A stretch of 64,000 nt of DNA from Alphaproteobacteria bacterium (GTDB taxonomy: Bacteria > Pseudomonadota > Alphaproteobacteria > UBA2966), in NCBI GenBank assembly GCA_964291395.2, contig OZ219857.1:96001-160000 (forward strand), given 5' to 3'. This document shows, one piece after another, positions 1 through 9,333 of this stretch (position 1 is the first letter of the stretch; each line of letters opens with the position of its first letter). A program made the translations under genes and the position numbers. The notes below the pieces were generated by a model, which saw only the letters and a program-made list of their open reading frames with translations, searched no databases and was not told the origin of the DNA.

Positions 1-681
1 CTTTCCAATTCCGGAGAGACACCGGAACTCTCGGCCATCATCAAATTCACGCGTCGGTTCGAGTTGCCGCTCATTGCGATTCTCGGCAACCCCGGAAGCA
101 CGTTGGGAGAGGCCGCCGATATTCTCTTGACCCTCCCGGTAGTGCCCGAAGCTTGCCCCATGGGTCTCGCACCGACGACCTCGACCACCATGATGCTCGC
201 GTTGGGAGACGCACTCGCCGTTGCTCTCCTCGAACGCCGGGGGTTCTCGCCGGACGATTTTCACGTGCTGCATCCCGACGGAAAGTTGGGACAGCGCCTG
301 ATCCGGGTGTCCGAGATCATGCATACCGGCAGCGCCATACCGCTCGTACCTCCCGAAATGGGAATGGCAGACGTCATCGTGACCATGACCGCGAAGAGCT
401 TCGGCTGTGTCGGAGTCGTCGAGGAACGGAATGGTCAACTTCTGGGGATCATCACCGACGGCGACCTGCGCCGACACATGAACGAGAAGCTCCTCGATCA
501 ATCCGCTCGCGACGTCATGACTCAGAACCCCAGGACGATACGGCCTCAGGCCCTGGCCGCCGAAGCCGTACGCAGCATGAACGCTCACGTCAAACCGATT
601 ACCAGCCTGTTCGTCTTGGACCGGGATCAGGTGGTCGGAATCGTTCATATCCACGACTGCCTGCGGGCCGGGGTGGCATGA
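1..681 (+). CDS. kdsD: KpsF/GutQ arabinose-5-phosphate isomerase (SIS + CBS domains), 5'-truncated by the window edge
   Basis: Frame is open from base 1 (LSNSGETPEL); EACPMGLAPTTSTT motif; GIITDGDLRR CBS domain; lies upstream of lptCAB. Confidence 0.93.
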   Translation, partial: LSNSGETPELSAIIKFTRRFELPLIAILGNPGSTLGEAADILLTLPVVPEACPMGLAPTTSTTMMLALGDALAVALLERRGFSPDDFHVLHPDGKLGQRLIRVSEIMHTGSAIPLVPPEMGMADVIVTMTAKSFGCVGVVEERNGQLLGIITDGDLRRHMNEKLLDQSARDVMTQNPRTIRPQALAAEAVRSMNAHVKPITSLFVLDRDQVVGIVHIHDCLRAGVA

Positions 682-1367
682 GCACGTCCGTTTCAACTGG
701 TGGATCGATGCGCTCAGAACGCCGCGCCCGGACGGCCGAGGCGCTTACGCCCACCGTCCCAGGAACCAGGCGCTTCGGGGCTCGATACAGCCGTTTCGTA
801 GGCGCCATGAAGGTGCTCCTGCCGCTCGTCGCAGCGGCCATCGCCGGTCTCATTCTCGCCTGGCCCGGCACGTACGAAGACCCGCAGGAGATCGCGCTCA
901 CCTTTGCCGAGACCGGTTCGACAGACGCAAAGACACCGGGCATGGCCAACGCCCGTTACATTGGCACGGATGCCGACAATCGACCTTTCCTCGTGACGGC
1001 CGACCAAGCGATCCAGGACCCGGCCCAACCGGACCTGATCGACATGGTTGCGCTCCAGGCGGACATGACGCTGGACAACGGCATGTGGGTATCCGTCATG
1101 GCGTCGCATGGCAGATACGATCGTGCGCGCCAAGTCCTGCAACTCGCCGGATCCGTCAATATTTTCTCTGACATCGGTTACGAATTTCACGCCGAGACCG
1201 CACGCGTCGACCTACAAGACAACGTCGCGGAAAGCGACGCCCCCGTCAAAGGTCACGGTCCGTTCGGAACGCTGCGTGCAGATCGCTTCCGGATCGTGGA
1301 TCAGGGCAAGAGGCTGCTATTCAACGACAACGTCCGGATGACCATCCGACCGCGTGGGGACGAGTGA
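678..1367 (+). CDS. lptC: LPS export periplasmic protein LptC
   Basis: ATG at 678 overlaps the kdsD stop (ATGA); single N-terminal TM helix (YSRFVGAMKVLLPLVAAAI); beta-jellyroll-like remainder; synteny. Confidence 0.85.
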   Translation: MSTSVSTGGSMRSERRARTAEALTPTVPGTRRFGARYSRFVGAMKVLLPLVAAAIAGLILAWPGTYEDPQEIALTFAETGSTDAKTPGMANARYIGTDADNRPFLVTADQAIQDPAQPDLIDMVALQADMTLDNGMWVSVMASHGRYDRARQVLQLAGSVNIFSDIGYEFHAETARVDLQDNVAESDAPVKGHGPFGTLRADRFRIVDQGKRLLFNDNVRMTIRPRGDE

Positions 1368-1942
1368 GAATGCCTTCGCTTCAACGAAGGCTCGGTCCCC
1401 TGACTTGGTTCCATCATCTGTGCCTTGCAGGCTTTATCGTCTGCGCCGCCTCCCTGCCCGTGACTCCAGGATGGTCGCAGAGCAAGCCTACATCTGGCCT
1501 GGACACCGACAAACCCATTGAAATCTCCGCGGACTCCCTGGAGGTCAAACAGGACGAGAACATCGCCATATTCACGGGGAATGTGGATGCGCTCCAAGGA
1601 GATATTCGTTTGAGAGCCAGTCAATTGACGGTGCACTACCGCAGCGGCGAAGGCGGCGAGGCAGGCGTCAATGCGATCAGCCGGATCGACGCTTCCGGCT
1701 CGGTCTTCATCACCTCCGGCCGTGAAACGGCGCAAGGCGAAGCAGGCGTATACGACGTCGAAAACAGCCTCATCACCCTTATCCAAAACGTGGTTCTAAC
1801 TCGAGGAGAAAACGTGATCCGTGGTGACCGACTGGTACTGGACCTAGCGACGGGACAAACTCGTGTCGACGGTGGTGAGAGTGGGCCTCGGTCGGGAGGA
1901 CGGGTCCGCAGTTTGTTCGTTCCAAAGCGATCAACCAATTGA
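1364..1942 (+). CDS. lptA: LPS transport periplasmic protein LptA
   Basis: Signal peptide; PIEISADSLEV, FTGNVDALQG and NVIRGDRL OstA-like motifs; synteny. Confidence 0.9.
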   Translation: MRMPSLQRRLGPLTWFHHLCLAGFIVCAASLPVTPGWSQSKPTSGLDTDKPIEISADSLEVKQDENIAIFTGNVDALQGDIRLRASQLTVHYRSGEGGEAGVNAISRIDASGSVFITSGRETAQGEAGVYDVENSLITLIQNVVLTRGENVIRGDRLVLDLATGQTRVDGGESGPRSGGRVRSLFVPKRSTN

Positions 1943-2017
1943 TATATGAACCATGGTGACTTGAGTTAACAAGTCGTGGACAGTGCAGGAAAGACAGTAG
2001 GGACTACCGATTGCCGC

Positions 2018-2818
2018 ATGTCTGACAAACCGTCGATAGCCTTCAAAAGCGATGGGATGGGGACGCATGGGGCGTCACCCAAACTCGTGACAAACAATCA
2101 GGGCCTTCTCGCCAGTAACATCGGAAAGCGCTTCAAGAAGCGCCCCGTGCTGCGGGACGTCACGCTAAAGGTCCAGCGCGGCGAGGCGGTCGGATTATTG
2201 GGCCCCAATGGCGCGGGCAAGACGACCTGCTTCTATATCATCACGGGGCTCATTTTTCCGGACTATGGCTCGATCGTTCTCGACGGTCACGACATCACTG
2301 ATTTACCCATGTACCGGCGCGCGCGCTTGGGTATCGGGCACCTACCGCAGGAGGCTTCCATATTCCGGGGCCTGACCGTCGAGAATAATATTCGGGCCGT
2401 CCTGGAGGTCGTCGAGCCCGTCCGCGACACCCGTGAAGCCATGCTCGACGATTTGCTTGCTGAGTTCTCGATTTCGCATTTGCGGCGAACACCGGCCGTC
2501 GCACTGTCGGGAGGGGAACGGCGCAGGGTTGAAATCGCGCGTGCTCTGGCGTCGCGGCCGAGCTTCATGATGCTCGATGAGCCCCTGGCCGGTATCGATC
2601 CGATCGCGGTGGGCGATATCCGCGACTTGGTGTCCCATCTCAAAGACCGTGGTATCGGCGTGTTGATCACGGATCATAACGTGCGAGAGACCCTCGATAT
2701 CATCGACCGCGCATACATCCTTCATGAAGGTCGGCTGCTGCTCGAAGGCGCGCCGCCCGACATCGTTGCGCACGAAGACGTGCGACGCGTGTACCTCGGG
2801 GACCGATTCAGCTTGTAG
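2018..2818 (+). CDS. lptB: LPS export ABC ATPase LptB (start uncertain: 1976, 2018 or 2057)
   Basis: [51 protein letters not shown]. Confidence 0.95.
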   Translation: MSDKPSIAFKSDGMGTHGASPKLVTNNQGLLASNIGKRFKKRPVLRDVTLKVQRGEAVGLLGPNGAGKTTCFYIITGLIFPDYGSIVLDGHDITDLPMYRRARLGIGHLPQEASIFRGLTVENNIRAVLEVVEPVRDTREAMLDDLLAEFSISHLRRTPAVALSGGERRRVEIARALASRPSFMMLDEPLAGIDPIAVGDIRDLVSHLKDRGIGVLITDHNVRETLDIIDRAYILHEGRLLLEGAPPDIVAHEDVRRVYLGDRFSL

Positions 2819-2826
2819 AGTCCCTC

Positions 2827-4383
2827 ATGGCGCTGACTGCAAAACTGGAACTGCGGCAAAGTCATGCACTGGTCATGACGCCGCAACTCCAGCAGGCGAT
2901 CAAGCTGCTGCAGCTTACGAACTTGGAGTTGCTTGCCTACTTGGACCAGGAGGTAGAGCGGAACCCGCTCCTCGAGCACGCCGATCCCGAGAACTCCCAA
3001 CGCGACGACAACGACAGTATGGATCGTGACCGGAGTGCAGAAGGATCAAACGAAACCGGCCTCGAGCCTGACGACGAACCAGAGCCAATCGTTCTGGATG
3101 TCGCCCAAATGTCCGAAGCCGAGACGTTCACGGATACCGCCGACGCACCCCTCGACCTGAACTACGAGGAAGTATTTGAAGCCGACGCGGCACCGTCTCA
3201 AGCGGGTCCGACCGCGGAATTCTCCAATCTTCGCGATACCTCTCGTTCGAACGATTTTGACGAAGACGCCGTCGGCTTGGAGCAAACTCTGAGCCATGAG
3301 ACTTCTCTGAAGGAACATCTTCTCAACCAACTCGGTGTGGACGTCACTGATCCCGTAGATCGCATCATCGGGACGCACATCATCGATACCGTCGACGAAA
3401 CGGGCTACATCGTGGGTGAACTAGAGGGCATCGGCGAGATGGTTGGGTGCTCCCTCGATCGCGTGGAAGCGACCCTGAGCATCCTTCAAAAATTCGACCC
3501 GCCCGGAGTGCTTGCCCGTGACCTCGGCGAGTGCCTGGCCGCCCAGCTTCGCGAGCAAGACCGCCTCGATCCCGTCATGCAGCGATTCCTCGAGAACCTG
3601 GATCTGCTGGCTCGCCACGACTACCAAGCCCTCGCCAGGATCTGCGGAGTCGATACCGAGGACATCACCGATATGGCCGCGGAGATTCGGTCGCTCAATC
3701 CGAAGCCCGGCTTACTCTTCGGCAACGAGGTCTTGCAGCCCGTTGTTCCTGACGTCTTCGTCCGCCCCAATCCCGGAGGGGGCTGGCAAATCGAGCTGAA
3801 TAACGACACCTTGCCAAACGTTCTGGTGAACACACCGTACTACGCCGAGATCAGCGGTCAGGCGAAAAGCCGGCAAGAGAAGGCTTATCTTTCCGAACGG
3901 CTCAACTCGGCCAATTGGCTCGTGAAATCTCTCGATCAACGGGCCAACACCATCCTGCGCGTCGCGACGGAGTTGGCGCGCCAGCAAGGCGCATTCCTCG
4001 TTCATGGGATCGAACATTTGCGCCCGCTCAACCTCCGCGACATCGCCTCGGCCATCGAGATGCACGAGAGCACCGTGAGCCGCGTGACCGCAAACAAATA
4101 CATAAGCACGCCGCGTGGCATATTCCCGATGAAATATTTCTTCACATCGGCCCTCTCGTCTTCGTCGGGCGGACAAGCGCACTCGGCCGAGTCGGTGCGC
4201 CACCGGATCAAGGAGCTCATCGACAACGAGACACTCGACGCCGTCCTTTCAGACGACAAGATTGTCGAGGTGCTGAATTCGTCGGGGATCGACATTGCCC
4301 GACGCACAGTGGCAAAGTATCGTGAAGTGATGCGCATTCCCTCGTCGGTGGAGCGCCGACGTCAAAAGCGTGTCGCCAGCTAG
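2827..4383 (+). CDS. rpoN: RNA polymerase sigma-54 factor
   Basis: LVMTPQLQQAIKLLQL, HESTVSR, RpoN box ARRTVAKYRE. Confidence 0.97.
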   Translation: MALTAKLELRQSHALVMTPQLQQAIKLLQLTNLELLAYLDQEVERNPLLEHADPENSQRDDNDSMDRDRSAEGSNETGLEPDDEPEPIVLDVAQMSEAETFTDTADAPLDLNYEEVFEADAAPSQAGPTAEFSNLRDTSRSNDFDEDAVGLEQTLSHETSLKEHLLNQLGVDVTDPVDRIIGTHIIDTVDETGYIVGELEGIGEMVGCSLDRVEATLSILQKFDPPGVLARDLGECLAAQLREQDRLDPVMQRFLENLDLLARHDYQALARICGVDTEDITDMAAEIRSLNPKPGLLFGNEVLQPVVPDVFVRPNPGGGWQIELNNDTLPNVLVNTPYYAEISGQAKSRQEKAYLSERLNSANWLVKSLDQRANTILRVATELARQQGAFLVHGIEHLRPLNLRDIASAIEMHESTVSRVTANKYISTPRGIFPMKYFFTSALSSSSGGQAHSAESVRHRIKELIDNETLDAVLSDDKIVEVLNSSGIDIARRTVAKYREVMRIPSSVERRRQKRVAS

Positions 4384-4413
4384 AGCGGTTCAGCCCAACT
4401 TGAACCGCCGTGG
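4381..4413 (+). repeat. Palindromic intergenic repeat (GAGCGGTT...AACCGCC family), copy 1
   Basis: TAGAGCGGTTCAGCCCAACTTGAACCGCCGTGG; begins at the rpoN TAG stop; stem GCGGTTCA/TGAACCGC. Confidence 0.6.
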
Positions 4414-4556
4414 CTGACCGATCAGATCACCCGATTGGGGTTCGATGGTTGACAGGGAATGACCCCAGACCCTAGTGTCCCGCCGCTTCGCGCCGGACTG
4501 AATCCATCCATGTCACCAGAATGCCGATCCCGGTGCTCGGACCAGACGAGATGCCC

Positions 4557-5123
4557 ATGCACATTACCGTGACCGGGAAGCAAGTAGACGTAGGCGACAC
4601 GCTCAGAGACCACGTCGAAAAGAGAATTACAGCGGGAGCCGAAAAGTATTTCGGCAACCCGATCGACGCTCAGGTGGTGTTCTCTCGCGAAGGCCCCCTC
4701 CATCGTGTCGACTGCTCGGTACACGTCGGTGCGGGGATATTCGTCAAGTCCCACGCCTCCGCCAGTGATGCTTACGCCGGTTTCGATGCCGCGGCGGAAC
4801 GAGTGGAAAAGAGGCTGCGGCGATACAAGCGACGCTTGAGAAACCATCACAAAGCGCCGCCGGTCGAGATCATGGAGGCGCCGACCTATGTCCTTTCCGG
4901 CGAAGAGGAAGATCAGGACCCTGCAGAAGACGCGCAGCCCGTGATCGTCGCCGAATCAACCACAAATGTGCCAACCGTCACGGTAAGCGAGGCCGTGATG
5001 CGGCTCGATCTCGCGAATGTTCCGGTGCTCCTGTTTCGCAACCGCACACATGGCGGACTGAGCGTCGTGTACCGGCGCGAAGACGGCAACATCGGTTGGA
5101 TCGATCCCAAGAATCCCGTCTAA
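4557..5123 (+). CDS. hpf: Ribosome hibernation promoting factor, long HPF (RaiA family)
   Basis: MHITVTGKQVDVG, KRLRRYKRRL, C-terminal VVYRREDGNIGWIDP; lies between rpoN and ptsN. Confidence 0.92.
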   Translation: MHITVTGKQVDVGDTLRDHVEKRITAGAEKYFGNPIDAQVVFSREGPLHRVDCSVHVGAGIFVKSHASASDAYAGFDAAAERVEKRLRRYKRRLRNHHKAPPVEIMEAPTYVLSGEEEDQDPAEDAQPVIVAESTTNVPTVTVSEAVMRLDLANVPVLLFRNRTHGGLSVVYRREDGNIGWIDPKNPV

Positions 5124-5153
5124 CCCGTCGATCGATCTTTCGGAGTATGTCGA

Positions 5154-5618
5154 ATGGAGTTTGCTGACTTGCTGAAGCCGGAAGCCATCATTCCTCGACT
5201 GAGGGCTGACAGCAAAAAGCAAGCGCTGCAGGAGCTGGCGACCTTCGCGTCCGAACTGACAGGTGTCGAGGAGCGCGCCATATTCGAAGTTCTGTTGGAA
5301 CGAGAGCGGCTTGGAACGACTGGGGTAGGCAACGGGATTGCCATCCCCCATGGCAAGCTCGACGGCGTCAAGGAATTGTGCGGGATGTTCGCCAAACTGA
5401 ATTCGCCGGTGAATTTCGACGCCATCGACGACCGGCCCGTCGATCTCATTTTCGTGCTGCTCGCGCCGGAGTCCGCGGGCGCGGACCACCTCAAGGCGCT
5501 TGCCTGGGTCTCCCGGTTGCTCCGCGACAGCGCAACCTGCCAGAAAATCCGCGAGTCCGCGGACCGCGAAACAATTCTCGACCTGATAAACGGATCGGCG
5601 ACGCCGCACGCCGCCTAG
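5154..5618 (+). CDS. ptsN: PTS IIA-Ntr nitrogen regulatory protein
   Basis: ERERLGTTGVGNGIAIPHGK phospho-His motif; AGADHLKAL. Confidence 0.95.
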   Translation: MEFADLLKPEAIIPRLRADSKKQALQELATFASELTGVEERAIFEVLLERERLGTTGVGNGIAIPHGKLDGVKELCGMFAKLNSPVNFDAIDDRPVDLIFVLLAPESAGADHLKALAWVSRLLRDSATCQKIRESADRETILDLINGSATPHAA

Positions 5619-5827
5619 TGCACGCTCACGGGCAGGTACTCGTGCTGTAAAGCGGCCGCAAAGGCGACGTCCCGATCCTCCACGACGGCCAGTTCCGTAC
5701 CGTCCGAGGCAAAAATGGCGTAGGCCGCTCGCCCCCGAACGTTGACCTGCTTGACATAGGCGACGGAGGGAGTTTCGAAGGCCGCTGCGATGGCACGCGG
5801 AGTCAAGCTCGAATCACCTATCGTCAT
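5615..5827 (-). CDS. DUF1150 family small protein (70 aa)
   Basis: VAYVKQV...YAIFASDGTELAV...AFAAALQHEYLPVSVH; usual downstream partner of Hsp20; its stop overlaps the ptsN stop in CTAG. Confidence 0.8.
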   Translation of the reverse strand: MTIGDSSLTPRAIAAAFETPSVAYVKQVNVRGRAAYAIFASDGTELAVVEDRDVAFAAALQHEYLPVSVH

Positions 5828-5882
5828 ATCGTTCCGACCTTCCTCAACGACACGGACACCACTGGTTCGATACCTCGGCAGA

Positions 5883-6353
5883 CTACTTCGAGGTCCGGCG
5901 CGGGCCTTCCACGTCCATGGACGCGTCGGCTTCATCCCGGTCCGCTGCGGACCTGATTTCGATGGTGCGCGCAATGCTGGCGGGTTGCGGCCGCACCAAA
6001 TCAATGTGAAGCAACCCCTTGGCGAGTTCGGCGCCTTCGACTTCAATGCCGTCCGCCAGGACGAACGCCCGCTGGAACTGGCGGGCCGCGATTCCGCGAT
6101 GGAGATAAACACGCTCGTCTTCCTTGGCCTGCCGGCCGCGAATAACCAGCTGACTGTCCTCGAGGACGATATTCAGGTCGTCATGCGCAAAACCCGCTAC
6201 CGCCAACGTGATGCGTAACGAGTCTTCGCCGGTCTTCTCGATATTGTAAGGAGGATAGCCGTCGCTCGCCGCCCGAGTGGCACGATCGAGCGTCCGTTCA
6301 AAATGCTCGAATCCGAGTAACAGAGGACTGTCAAATAGAGACATGCGGCCCAT
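5883..6353 (-). CDS. Small heat shock protein, Hsp20/IbpA family
   Basis: GYPPYNIE, LAVAGF, YLHRGIAARQFQRAFVLA, GLLHIDL. Confidence 0.95.
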   Translation of the reverse strand: MGRMSLFDSPLLLGFEHFERTLDRATRAASDGYPPYNIEKTGEDSLRITLAVAGFAHDDLNIVLEDSQLVIRGRQAKEDERVYLHRGIAARQFQRAFVLADGIEVEGAELAKGLLHIDLVRPQPASIARTIEIRSAADRDEADASMDVEGPRRTSK

Positions 6354-6456
6354 GCGACCATCTCCTCAATATGAGCGAGCGAAGCGTCGTAGCTGCCGCG
6401 GGTCAGCCCAAAGCCGGCGCCTTCCCACGTCGCGGTGGCCCTTCCGGCACCACCGA
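6354..6456 (-). promoter_or_regulatory. ROSE-like RNA thermometer in the Hsp20 5' UTR
   Basis: Minus strand CUCGCUCA-UAU-UGAGGAG pairs the UCGCU motif (bulged G) with the SD; upstream hairpin CGGUGG...CCACCG. Confidence 0.75.
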
Positions 6457-6461
6457 CTCAT

Positions 6462-6490
6462 ATGTAAGTCTTCACTATCTCTGGATCAAG
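6462..6490 (-). promoter_or_regulatory. RpoH (sigma-32)-type promoter
   Basis: Minus strand CTTGAT-N16-CTTACAT, close to the alphaproteobacterial RpoH consensus CTTGAA-N15/16-CCTATAT, about 110 nt upstream of Hsp20. Confidence 0.65.
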
Positions 6491-6547
6491 GAGGCGTTGA
6501 TTTTTCGAGCAATCGCCGACGGTTACAGAGAATTCCCGGAAGACAAC

Positions 6548-7393
6548 TCAAGACATCAGCGCCCGCGTACACGTCGGGACCGCGAAGGCAGATATATGCA
6601 CGTCCGCATTGTAGTACCGGGAGTCAAACCGGTGCGCGTCGAGGCGCGACCGCAAGGTCTCGATATCCATCGCAGATAGGTCGATAAGCTCGCTCGCCCA
6701 GCCAAAGGCCATGTGCCCGCCGGCGTAGGTGGGCACGGGTGCCAAGAAAAACCCTGAACGCCTGAACAAGTGGCTGAAATGGCGATGGGTTTGCGTCAAC
6801 TCCGGGCCCTGGAAAAACGGAACGCCGTTCTGCGTCACGATCAAGCCGCCGACATTGAGAACGCAGCGGCATGACGCGTAGAAGGCCTCATCAAACAGCA
6901 TCCGGCCCGGACCAACCGGGTCCGTCGAGTCGACAATGATGACATCGAACCGAAGCTCCGTTTCCCGGACGAAGTCGATACCATTGCCGATGATCAGCTC
7001 GGTCCGAGGATCCTCAAACGCGCCGCCGCAAATCGAAGGCAGGTGTTCGCGGCACAAGCGCACGACTTCCCCGTCGATGTCGACGAGAACCACACGGTCG
7101 ACGGGATGCTTGAGAACCTCTTCGAGCAGGCCGCCGTCTCCGCCGCCGACGATCAGAACGGACTTCACCGCCCCGTGCCCGACTATCGGCACATGACCAA
7201 GCATCTCGTGGTAGTAGAACTCGTCGGCTTCGGTCGTTTGCACGATGCCGTCGAGTACGAGAACGCGCCCGAGGTATTCGTTTTCGAATATCAGGATATC
7301 CTGATAGCGGGACCTGCCCTCATATATGACCTTGTCGATACGGAGGGATTGTCGGACAGACGGGTAAAGGGTTTCGTGAAACCAATCCGTCAA
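6548..7393 (-). CDS. speE: Polyamine aminopropyltransferase (spermidine synthase)
   Basis: VLVLDGIVQTTEADEFYYHEML, VLIVGGGDGG, FDVIIVDSTDPVGP. Confidence 0.95.
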   Translation of the reverse strand: MTDWFHETLYPSVRQSLRIDKVIYEGRSRYQDILIFENEYLGRVLVLDGIVQTTEADEFYYHEMLGHVPIVGHGAVKSVLIVGGGDGGLLEEVLKHPVDRVVLVDIDGEVVRLCREHLPSICGGAFEDPRTELIIGNGIDFVRETELRFDVIIVDSTDPVGPGRMLFDEAFYASCRCVLNVGGLIVTQNGVPFFQGPELTQTHRHFSHLFRRSGFFLAPVPTYAGGHMAFGWASELIDLSAMDIETLRSRLDAHRFDSRYYNADVHISAFAVPTCTRALMS

Positions 7394-7818
7394 ACCATCA
7401 AGCCCCTCTTATGCTCCGTGACCTGCATGTGATCGGGCGCAAACACTTCCACGAGTACGGAAATTGCCTGATAGGCGTCGCAGCGGCCGCAGAGGAAGAT
7501 ATCCACGGCAGCGAACCCGGTCTCGGGCCACGTATGAATGCTCATATGCGATTCGGCAAGAATTGCCACGGCGGACACACCACCCTGCGGAGAAAAGTGA
7601 TGCAGCTCGATATCAAGCAAGGTGGCACCCGTCGCGCTGACCGCCCGCCGCAATGCCGTTTCCACGACCGCCAGATCGGCAAGACGACTCGCGCCGGTCA
7701 GGTCGATCAGAAGGTGCGTTCCCGCGTACCGCAACCCATCCTTCTCGACATAGAAGTCGTGAACATCGTCCGCCTCCGAGGTAGCCGGTTCAGCAGCAAA
7801 AGACGCCTGAGATTTCAT
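7390..7818 (-). CDS. speD: S-adenosylmethionine decarboxylase proenzyme
   Basis: GTHLLID, self-cleavage motif LAESHMSIHTWPE, DIFLCG; stop overlaps the speE start. Confidence 0.93.
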   Translation of the reverse strand: MKSQASFAAEPATSEADDVHDFYVEKDGLRYAGTHLLIDLTGASRLADLAVVETALRRAVSATGATLLDIELHHFSPQGGVSAVAILAESHMSIHTWPETGFAAVDIFLCGRCDAYQAISVLVEVFAPDHMQVTEHKRGLMV

Positions 7819-8249
7819 GTGAGTCCCCCGAACGGCCCCTATTCCTTGCGCCCACTCCGGCCAGCAGGGTCGCGTTGTGTGACTCATGGATGGACGAATA
7901 GCAAGCGAAATCCATGCCGATGTTAACCATGAATTCGCGTAGGGTGCCGGATTTTACGCAAATATCGGTCTCGCTCGGATGGATATGAAACGTGGAGCTC
8001 AAGGAAAGGGCGGGGTCCTCAAAGCTACCGGGGCGGTATCGGCTGGCGAAATTCAAATGACTGCCCCGGCACTTTGTTCCATCTACATCTCAAGGCAACC
8101 AAATGGCGGCACAGCTACCGCCATGTGGACGGCTTTCAAACTCCGCGACGGCACTTCCGCGGAAACCGCTCAACCAGGCAGGATCTCTGGCCATTTACCG
8201 AAGGCGCGGCCCACCGAGCCGGGCGCGCAACATCAGACGGGAGGGCGTT

Positions 8250-9329
8250 TCAGCCTTCCTTGCGGTCGGATGCTTCCTCGTACTTTATGATTTCCTCCAG
8301 CCGCACCTTCAACCGCTCAGTCTTCGCCCGCGGCAGCAGAAATGCCCAATCCGAAAGCTCGGAACTGATCCGTTCCGCCTCTCTCCTGGCCTCGTCAGTC
8401 GGCTCGAAATCCTTCGCCACGTCGGCGTCGAACTGAACCCAGATCGTCTCGTCCTCTTCCGGCTCGGCAGTCCGCAACATGACAACGAGGCCGCTGGTTG
8501 AAATGACCGTCGCGCGAAATCCGGAGCCCTCTTTGAAATCGACCCGATCCGCGTGCTTCGCGTCGACGAATGAGACGTTGTCCAGGAGATTGGACATGTA
8601 GTCGATCTGATACTGGTTCTCGATCTCGGCGTTCTGGGGCAGGTTCCTTATCGTCAGATCCGCATCGTCGGTCTTTTGGCGGTAAATCTCGACGACCTCC
8701 CCGTCCGCGTGCGTCACGCTCATGAGGCCGACGGAGCCGGCACGAACATCGACGACGCTTCGATCGGACCAATCCACCGCGTCGTACCGGACATCAAGGG
8801 TACCTTCGGCCAGCCACGCCCGCTCTTCATTTGGAAGGCGGATGTAGACACCATCGCGGTCCAGCCCTGCAACGCCGGTTTTTGTCTTCCCAACGATGAC
8901 GTCGGCCAGAACGGCGCCGTTTTCGTCTTTGGCGGTAACCCTCGTTGATTTTGCGTCCTCCGCAACGTCCTCAACCTCTATCTTGGGATAGAGCTTGGCG
9001 CGGGTCGTCTTGGGCTCAAAATAGGAAAGCGTTACGAGGCCACCGATCATCTTCTCGATTCGCGTCTGACGTGCCGGATATCCGCCTGCACCCATGTTCG
9101 CCCACCCTTCCGGTTGGCGGTTTAGCGAAAAACTGCCCTTGGCCCGGGTCAGTTCGACAAATGAAATGCTCGCGACATTCTCCTGCAGATCCGGAAATAC
9201 GAGGCCACCCTCCTTTTGTTCCAGAGCGACCGTCCTGTAGCGTTCGCTGACGGACCAGGCTGCCGCGGTCACCGTGATGGCAGTGATGCCCGCAAGAATG
9301 AGAAGTCCGCGATTGCGCTGCATCTCCAC
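8250..9329 (-). CDS. DUF4340-like membrane-anchored periplasmic protein
   Basis: N-terminal TM helix; LADVIVGK...YIRLPNEERAWLA; last gene of a Gld-like ABC operon. Confidence 0.7.
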   Translation of the reverse strand: MEMQRNRGLLILAGITAITVTAAAWSVSERYRTVALEQKEGGLVFPDLQENVASISFVELTRAKGSFSLNRQPEGWANMGAGGYPARQTRIEKMIGGLVTLSYFEPKTTRAKLYPKIEVEDVAEDAKSTRVTAKDENGAVLADVIVGKTKTGVAGLDRDGVYIRLPNEERAWLAEGTLDVRYDAVDWSDRSVVDVRAGSVGLMSVTHADGEVVEIYRQKTDDADLTIRNLPQNAEIENQYQIDYMSNLLDNVSFVDAKHADRVDFKEGSGFRATVISTSGLVVMLRTAEPEEDETIWVQFDADVAKDFEPTDEARREAERISSELSDWAFLLPRAKTERLKVRLEEIIKYEEASDRKEG

Positions 9330-9333
9330 GCCC

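Noticed and set aside
153-677. 5' extension of the 404-aa ORF 153..1367
   Set aside because: Out-of-frame overlap with kdsD; LptC-like sequence starts at the ATGA junction (678)
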